DNA from: an uncultured Elusimicrobia bacterium
GTDB lineage: Bacteria > Elusimicrobiota > Elusimicrobia > 2-01-FULL-59-12
Length of the DNA stretch: 64,000 nt
Assembly (NCBI GenBank): GCA_963702895.1
Contig: OY969767.1
Location: forward strand, 2,400,001 to 2,464,000
Reading direction: 5' to 3'
This document shows, one piece after another, positions 57,830 to 64,000 of the stretch. Below the pieces are notes generated by a model, which was given only the letters and a program-made list of their open reading frames with translations, did no database searches and had not been told where the DNA came from. Position numbers and translations under genes: made by a program. Position 1 is the stretch's first letter, and each line of letters starts with the position of its first letter.

Positions 57830-60217
57830 ATGACCATCACACCGCATTTTCGCCACTACCTGAGCCTCTTTTTGATGGCGATGAGCATCATTGTCTGGGA
57901 AATTTTGCTCACGCGCATCTACAGTGTGGTACTGTTCTACCATTTTGCGTTTATGGCTGTTTCGATTGCGATGTTTGGGCTCTCTATGGGCGCCGCTTGC
58001 GTCGCCCTGCAAAAAGTGGATCGTTCTTCAGAGTCTCCCCTGTCCGACCGTATGCTGGCAGCGCTCGGCCTGCTCACAGGGGTTCTCATGGTGCTGGCGA
58101 TCACGTTGCAGTTAAGCTTGCCCATCCCGCCCACACGCAATCCGTGGCAGCTCTTTGGGGTACTTTTCCGAACGTACGTGCTTTCATCGCTTCCGTTTTT
58201 CCCGGCAGGGGCTTTTATATGTCTATTGCTTACGCGCTCCAAGCAAGTGGGACGGCTCTATGCTGTGGATTTGATCGCCGCAGGGCTTGGATGCGCGCTG
58301 ATCCCCGTTCTTCTTTCAGTCTTCGGAGGCCCTGGGGCCACCCTGGTGGCAGCAGCGCTGGCCGGCGGTTCTGCTCTTTGTTTTCTCCCAAGGAAATCAC
58401 GCGCGTCCAGGGTGGCATGGCTTTTGGTCGTAGGGCTCTTGCTGGGGGCCTTGATCAACCGATCAGCCCAAGTCCTGCGCGTGCGTTGGCGGCACAACGG
58501 CCCGGTTCCTATCCCTTTATTTGAAAAATGGAACTCCTTTTCGCGCATTATGATCCAGCCGGGCGGGTCCAGCAATCTGAATTGGGGAGTTGAAGAGACC
58601 TGGAGACGTCAACTGACGCCGGCTCCTCAACTTCAGCTTGAAATTGACTCCGGGGCCGGGACCGCCATCACGCATTTTGACGGGAGACTGGAACCTCTTC
58701 GTTTTTTACAGTACGACATCACGTCGTTTGCTCATTACTTGCGGCCCCAATCCAAAGTGCTCATCATCGGGCCGGGCGGCGGCCGCGATGTGTTGGCGGC
58801 CTTAAGCTTCAAACAGGTCTCCGTGCATGCCGTTGAAGTCAACCCCTCTATTCTATACGCCGTCAATGACGTCTTCGGTGATTTCACGGGCCGCTTGAAC
58901 AAACGCCCCGACGTTCACTTCGTGGTTGATGAAGGCCGGAGCTACTTACATCACGAACAACAACCCTTTGACATCATCCAAGCCTCCCTTGTGGATACGG
59001 TGGCGGCCACGGCCTCTGGCGCCTATTCCTTTGTCGAAAACGGCCTCTACACCGTTGAAGCATGGCGGCTTTTTCTCCATCGGCTCACGCCGCGGGGCCT
59101 TCTGTCCTTTTCACGTTGGTATTTTGGGTCCACGACTTGGCCCGTGGAAGTGTGCCGCACGGTAGCGCTCGCCGCTGAAGCCCTCCGCCAGGAAAGCAAA
59201 AGACCTCAAGACCACATTCTGGTCATCCGCAACAGCAATTTGCGGCCGCCGAAAGAAGGCATCGCGACGGTCCTGGTCTCACGTGAACCCTTTTCATCTT
59301 CGGACTGGGCCAAAGCTTTTGAAACATGCCGGCGGCTCCATTGCGAAATCGCTCTGGCCAAGGGACAAGGGGAACCTCTGCTCGCGTCCATCGTCGGGAC
59401 CACCAACCCGCGCGCGCTGTACGCCGAACTTCCCTTGGACATCTCACCGCCCTCGGACAACAAACCTTATTTCTTTTTCCATGCAAGACTGCGGGATATT
59501 CTTCGGTTTCGTCAGAGCCCGCAATTCGGGGCCTCAGGCTTCAACTTGCCCGCCGTCCGCATTCTGGTCGAGTTAAGTTTGATTACGCTTGCTCTGTCCG
59601 CCCTCATGGTGGTTTGGCCCTACCGCATCCTAAGTCGCAGAACGTCTTGGGCGCCCGTGCCTGCTCGACGGTCTGTTGGGATGCCTTTCTATTTTGGACT
59701 GATCGGTCTTGCTTTTATGTTCCTTGAAATTGGGTGGATGCAGCGCTTCAGCCTTTTCCTTGGTCACCCAACCTATGGGTTCACTGTGATATTGCTGGGA
59801 CTTCTCGTCATGAGCGGTCTCGGGAGTTGGTGGGTCACTTCTACGAAGCTTTTGAGCGACCAATCGCGTCGGTGGATTCCATTGCTCCTCATTCCACTTC
59901 TGCTCATCTCCAATAGGGTGGTCCAGATATTTTTGCCACAGTGGATGGGATCTCCCCTGGAGGTCCGCATTCTAATTACGCTGCTTTCGATCAGTCCTCC
60001 GGCGATCGTGATGGGCATGTTTTTCCCCCTGGCCATGGCGCCTGCTCAGCGCTGGATGGCGGACCGGGTAGGATGGCTATGGGCCATCAACGGCGCCCTG
60101 TCGGTGACAGGCTCCGTGCTCGCGATGGTTTGTTCGTTGGCGTTCGGCATCAGCGGGACTCTAATGCTGGGAACGGGCGCTTATTTCTTGGCTGCGATCC
60201 TGCTTTTACTCCTCTAA
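57830..60217 (+). CDS. Membrane protein with spermidine synthase-like SAM-binding domain
   Basis: Many TMs flanking LIIGPGGGRD, VEVNP, DEGR, LYTVE, DNKPYFF; WAING tail. Confidence 0.82.
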   Translation: MTITPHFRHYLSLFLMAMSIIVWEILLTRIYSVVLFYHFAFMAVSIAMFGLSMGAACVALQKVDRSSESPLSDRMLAALGLLTGVLMVLAITLQLSLPIPPTRNPWQLFGVLFRTYVLSSLPFFPAGAFICLLLTRSKQVGRLYAVDLIAAGLGCALIPVLLSVFGGPGATLVAAALAGGSALCFLPRKSRASRVAWLLVVGLLLGALINRSAQVLRVRWRHNGPVPIPLFEKWNSFSRIMIQPGGSSNLNWGVEETWRRQLTPAPQLQLEIDSGAGTAITHFDGRLEPLRFLQYDITSFAHYLRPQSKVLIIGPGGGRDVLAALSFKQVSVHAVEVNPSILYAVNDVFGDFTGRLNKRPDVHFVVDEGRSYLHHEQQPFDIIQASLVDTVAATASGAYSFVENGLYTVEAWRLFLHRLTPRGLLSFSRWYFGSTTWPVEVCRTVALAAEALRQESKRPQDHILVIRNSNLRPPKEGIATVLVSREPFSSSDWAKAFETCRRLHCEIALAKGQGEPLLASIVGTTNPRALYAELPLDISPPSDNKPYFFFHARLRDILRFRQSPQFGASGFNLPAVRILVELSLITLALSALMVVWPYRILSRRTSWAPVPARRSVGMPFYFGLIGLAFMFLEIGWMQRFSLFLGHPTYGFTVILLGLLVMSGLGSWWVTSTKLLSDQSRRWIPLLLIPLLLISNRVVQIFLPQWMGSPLEVRILITLLSISPPAIVMGMFFPLAMAPAQRWMADRVGWLWAINGALSVTGSVLAMVCSLAFGISGTLMLGTGAYFLAAILLLLL

Positions 60218-62544
60218 GCCAATAATCCCCACGTGTGAAGGAGGTCCCCTTCATGCCGCCACCGGAACCCGATGTCGGTGCGGTAGAACATGTTGGGGAT
60301 GATGATGGTTTTGACGCGGGAGTAGGCCTCGCGGTGGGCTTCTTCCATGGTGGACCCGGAACCGGTGATCACGAGCGCATACCCGTCGCGTCCCGTGATC
60401 TTCCAGTCGCCGTCTTCGAGTTTGACGTCGCCAAGATGGATCCCGTCCATCCCAGGCTTGGTGAATATCACGACCGCGTCCTCGGAAAACTTGCGGAACG
60501 TATCCAAGTCGGCAAAGGGCCAAGGAGGAAGCGCGATGACCACCCCCACCTGAAATCCTTTTTGTGTTTTGAGGTTATAGGGCTTTTTGTTAGCAAGCGC
60601 GTAGAGAAATTCTCCCCACGGGCTCTGGATGCCCTCCATTTGGATGCTGACCGTCGGGTAGCCAAAACGTGGGGTGATCTCCAAGGGGTAGACGTTGCGG
60701 GCCGTGGCGATGCAATTGATATCAAAATAACCCACGTAGCCTGCTTCTTTGAGGCGCGGCACCATTTTCTCGATCGTTTCGCGGTAGAGCCGGCTGGGTC
60801 CCGTCCAAAACATCGAGGTATTTCCACACCACAAAGGCTTTCCATTTCTCCTAACATAGAGCGTGTGATAAGGAACTGTGACACAGTAGACACGCCCTTT
60901 GTAATCAACCACGGTCGTATCTCTGCGGTCAAGCCACGCGTTTGTCTTTTGGATCCTTTCGATCACTTCGTAGCAGGGATGGACCTTTTGAAAGACTCTC
61001 GTTCCGATCTTGCCTCCACGACGTAAGCGCCGTTTGACGATTCCGACACGACCCATCTTGAGAAGCAGTTCTTGGACGTCGTCCGCTAATCGAGGAGAAG
61101 AGGTGTAGTAAATTCGAAAACCGGTGCGCTGTTTATTCCCGTCCCCTAAACACATATGGTCGAAGAGAATCGCTAATTGGCGAGGGGATTGCTCCTTGTA
61201 TTCCGAGGGAATATATTTCGTGAGCGCGTGACCGAAAGGCTTAAGATACGCCCACAAGCGCTTGTCGTAGCATTTCCAGCCTCCTTTCACCTTTCTAAAA
61301 CGGAATGGCAACCTTTCAATCGTCTCTTGAACGGCACGCGCCTTCCGGGCATTCACTTGAGAGATGCCGACCTGATAAGATTTCTCGGAAGTCCAGCCTT
61401 CCGCGAGCCAGAGCCCAAGGAATGCCAGCCAATGGTCCATCGCCATGAGCAAGGGCTGGAACTTGTCCCTGCTTAGGCCATGCCCAGAACGTCCTCTTAA
61501 TGCAGGCAACGAAAACACGGCTTCTTCCTTGCCTTTCCAACAACCCGAGCGCGGCACCACAAATTGGTGGGGAAGATTTTTCGCTTTCACAAAGGTCCAC
61601 TGTTTTTTCTTGCGATATCGCGTGGCTTCCTGGCCGAACATCTGGTGGTCGAGCGTCACAAGCAGATCGGTTGCTCGATTGCGAATACGGACCATTTTCT
61701 TGTGATGATCGAACTGAACAACAGCGGATGGTCTATGATATTCGATCTCATCGGACTCGGGGTTCACACTGGCAAAGCGATCCTCCAGAGAAACATCCCG
61801 AAATCTTTTCCAACCGCCCTGCGTAAGCACTTCCGTCTCCTCGTCATAACAGCCCATCTCTCCTGTAGAGGGGCCGATTTCACCGGCAAAGAGTTTCTTG
61901 TGCTCGAAGTTGATGCAGACGGGCATGATGAACTCTTGTCCATTGAAGAAACCACCGACCGCAACTTCAATACCTGAGACAAACTTTTGGATTTGCAGAC
62001 GGCGCACTTTGGATCCCCAGCCGACTTTGTACCGGTCTAAAATCGCGACGACGTCTTTCCCGTCTTCTTCATGACCCACGAAAGAAAGGACTTTGTCGTT
62101 TTGCGCTTTGCCGGAGGGTTTCACCACGTAGCGGGCAGGATTTTTTATAACAAACTTGGTCGCTTCATCGAAGGAATCGAATTCCCAGGAGTCCGGGATC
62201 GTGAGGCCCACGGCCTTCATCTCCTGAGCTCCGAAGTCGCGGTCAAGCTCCAAGCGATCTGAATAAGAAGATCCTCCGACCACGGGCTTGCCTTCTTTGC
62301 GCAGACGGTCCGCGATCGTCCCGAACGCGGCATCATCGATGATGATGAGGTCCGCCCAGTCTTTATGCGATTCCCATTCGTCCACTTTATCGAGAAATCC
62401 ATCATAGAGCACACGGTCGGCTTTGGACTGCACGAACCATTTGACGTTGTAGCCTTCGAGTTTGAGACGGTAAGCGAGGTCGCCCGCACAGGCCTCAAAG
62501 GAGAGGAAGAGAATATTTTTCGGTTTTCCGTTGCCGTTTGCCAT
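60214..62544 (-). CDS. PurD-like (GAR synthetase family) ATP-grasp protein with an intein
   Basis: LELDR, YVVKP, EHKKL, GPSTGEMG|T, EITPRFGYP, YRTDIG; lacks the canonical GSGGREHA N-terminal motif. Confidence 0.85.
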   Translation of the reverse strand: MANGNGKPKNILFLSFEACAGDLAYRLKLEGYNVKWFVQSKADRVLYDGFLDKVDEWESHKDWADLIIIDDAAFGTIADRLRKEGKPVVGGSSYSDRLELDRDFGAQEMKAVGLTIPDSWEFDSFDEATKFVIKNPARYVVKPSGKAQNDKVLSFVGHEEDGKDVVAILDRYKVGWGSKVRRLQIQKFVSGIEVAVGGFFNGQEFIMPVCINFEHKKLFAGEIGPSTGEMGCYDEETEVLTQGGWKRFRDVSLEDRFASVNPESDEIEYHRPSAVVQFDHHKKMVRIRNRATDLLVTLDHQMFGQEATRYRKKKQWTFVKAKNLPHQFVVPRSGCWKGKEEAVFSLPALRGRSGHGLSRDKFQPLLMAMDHWLAFLGLWLAEGWTSEKSYQVGISQVNARKARAVQETIERLPFRFRKVKGGWKCYDKRLWAYLKPFGHALTKYIPSEYKEQSPRQLAILFDHMCLGDGNKQRTGFRIYYTSSPRLADDVQELLLKMGRVGIVKRRLRRGGKIGTRVFQKVHPCYEVIERIQKTNAWLDRRDTTVVDYKGRVYCVTVPYHTLYVRRNGKPLWCGNTSMFWTGPSRLYRETIEKMVPRLKEAGYVGYFDINCIATARNVYPLEITPRFGYPTVSIQMEGIQSPWGEFLYALANKKPYNLKTQKGFQVGVVIALPPWPFADLDTFRKFSEDAVVIFTKPGMDGIHLGDVKLEDGDWKITGRDGYALVITGSGSTMEEAHREAYSRVKTIIIPNMFYRTDIGFRWRHEGDLLHTWGLLA
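60820..61851 (-). mobile_element. 344-aa intein with LAGLIDADG-like endonuclease in the PurD-like gene
   Basis: CYDEETEVLT..GWK, VTLDH, FLGLWLAEG, MCLGDG, VYCVTVPYHTLYVRRNGKPLWCGN|T. Confidence 0.92.
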
Positions 62545-62781
62545 GTTCCTCTATATGTATGGAATAAAACTTAAGAAATTGCCACTTATTTTTCTGTCCG
62601 GAGTCCTTTTTCATAAGACACTCGAAGCGTGTCTCAAGGAACATGAGGCGCAGCGCGTCTTTCATCGGTGATGCATCGTGATCGATCTGACCGTTTTTTT
62701 AAGAATGATCCGTCGTGCTTGCTCGGCACCCAGACGAGACGTGGACATTATTCTATTCGATAGGATGCTAAAATACTGAAT

Positions 62782-63603
62782 ATGAGACGGCGAGCTTGGC
62801 TTTCCTTGCTTCTTTTGGGGTTCTGTGTGTTCAATTTGGCTCCGGGGTCAGAGGCCCGCGTGAAGATTTCGAAGCTTGCTGAGAAATTGGTTTACGGCGA
62901 CCAGCCCACGAGGCTCGCCGGGATTGAAGAGTTCAACAAGCTGCCCGCGGAAGCCCAGCAAAAACTGGTACCTGATTTTATGGTCGCCATGAGCGATGAA
63001 GATCCAGAGGCCCGCAAAATCGCCTCTCGCATCTTGAAAGCGATGGGTGTCCAAGCGGAAGCCCAGGTCCCAGACGCGAAAAAGGAGATCGCCTCAGAGA
63101 AGTCCAAGACCAAGCCCATCGACAAGTGGGAAGAAGAGAAACGCTTAAAACAGGAGGCGAGTCAGGATAAGTGGGCTGATTTAAGAAGCATGCGCTCGGA
63201 AGAGCAGGGGGGCTACGCCTCCATGAAGCAACAACTCGAAAGCGAAAAGAAGGGCCAGGTGTGGATCGATCCCTCCCAGCTCACCACCGAGGCCTTGGAC
63301 AAGACCTCGCCTCTCGGTTCTGTGACCGAGGCTTTGCGTGACTCGGATCCGTGGGTGAGAGCACAGGCCGCGCGGCGCCTCGGCACGATCCGGCCCGCGC
63401 CCGTGGAAGCCATCCCCGACCTCATCGCGATGCTGGGTGAGAACATCCCGGAGTCGCGCCGCGCGGCGGCCGCTGCGCTCGGTTCCTTTGGGCCCCTGGC
63501 GGAAAAAGCGCTTCCTGCCCTCACAACGGCCCTCTCCGACCCTGACCCCGCCACGCGGCAGATCGCGCAAGAGGCGATTAAGCAGATTCAAATGCACCCG
63601 TGA
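62782..63603 (+). CDS. Exported HEAT-repeat protein
   Basis: Signal peptide; L.D.DP.VR..AA..LG repeats. Confidence 0.82.
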   Translation: MRRRAWLSLLLLGFCVFNLAPGSEARVKISKLAEKLVYGDQPTRLAGIEEFNKLPAEAQQKLVPDFMVAMSDEDPEARKIASRILKAMGVQAEAQVPDAKKEIASEKSKTKPIDKWEEEKRLKQEASQDKWADLRSMRSEEQGGYASMKQQLESEKKGQVWIDPSQLTTEALDKTSPLGSVTEALRDSDPWVRAQAARRLGTIRPAPVEAIPDLIAMLGENIPESRRAAAAALGSFGPLAEKALPALTTALSDPDPATRQIAQEAIKQIQMHP

Positions 63604-64000
63604 CCCGAGACGATTTCAACAAACTCCTTCGCGAACAGGTTCTCGTCTTCGACGGGGCTACAGGCACCAACCTTCAGCTCCACAATCCCACCCTGGACGA
63701 CTATGCCGGCATGGAAGGCTGCACCGAAATTCTTCTTGAAACACATCCGGAATGGATCGAGGAGCTTCACGCCTCCTTCTTTAAAGCGGGATGCCAGGTC
63801 GTGGAGACCAATTCTTTTGGGGCGAATCGTATCGTTTTCACCGAATACGGTCTTGAGGACCGGGTTCATGAGTTTAATGTCAAAGCGGCCCAGCTTGCTC
63901 GGAAAGTCGCCCATGCCTTCAGCGCCCAAGACAAACCCCGTTTTGTCGCGGGCTCCATGGGTCCTGGCACGAAGCTTCCTTCTCTTGGACACACCACTTT
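63600..64000 (+). CDS. metH: B12-dependent methionine synthase (5' part, runs off the window)
   Basis: GTG overlapping the upstream TGA; VLVFDGATGT, AGCQVVETNSFG, FVAGSMGPGTKLPSLGH. Confidence 0.92.
   Translation, partial: MTRDDFNKLLREQVLVFDGATGTNLQLHNPTLDDYAGMEGCTEILLETHPEWIEELHASFFKAGCQVVETNSFGANRIVFTEYGLEDRVHEFNVKAAQLARKVAHAFSAQDKPRFVAGSMGPGTKLPSLGHTT

Overview
GC-rich bacterial chromosomal window. The giant-protein family at the left suggests an Elusimicrobiota/Omnitrophota-like organism (inference only). Most genes are housekeeping: recN, nadK, comEC, nrdJ, ABC-F, hemE-hemH-hemY, trpB2, glycosyltransferases, a DsbD-like protein, gltX, tRNA-Gln, a purD-like gene and metH (cut by the right edge). 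On top of this is a dense layer of small selfish or structured DNA. (1) An 82-bp tandem array directly downstream of tRNA-Gln(CTG). Each unit is the tRNA 3' end with a two-hairpin insert in the T-loop. (2) An IS1111-type IS110 element inserted into the terminal repeat of a MITE. The empty target, AG core, circle-junction promoter and candidate guide segments can be reconstructed by eye. (3) A >2,299-aa secreted multi-module protein missed by the ORF track (open minus frame 6897 to <1), carrying six in-frame 7/8-mer repeat blocks, five of them fold-back. (4) LAGLIDADG inteins in NrdJ and, unusually, in a PurD-like ATP-grasp enzyme. (5) Several MITE and cloverleaf palindrome families. All calls come from reading the sequence and recognising motifs; no searches or folding programs were run.
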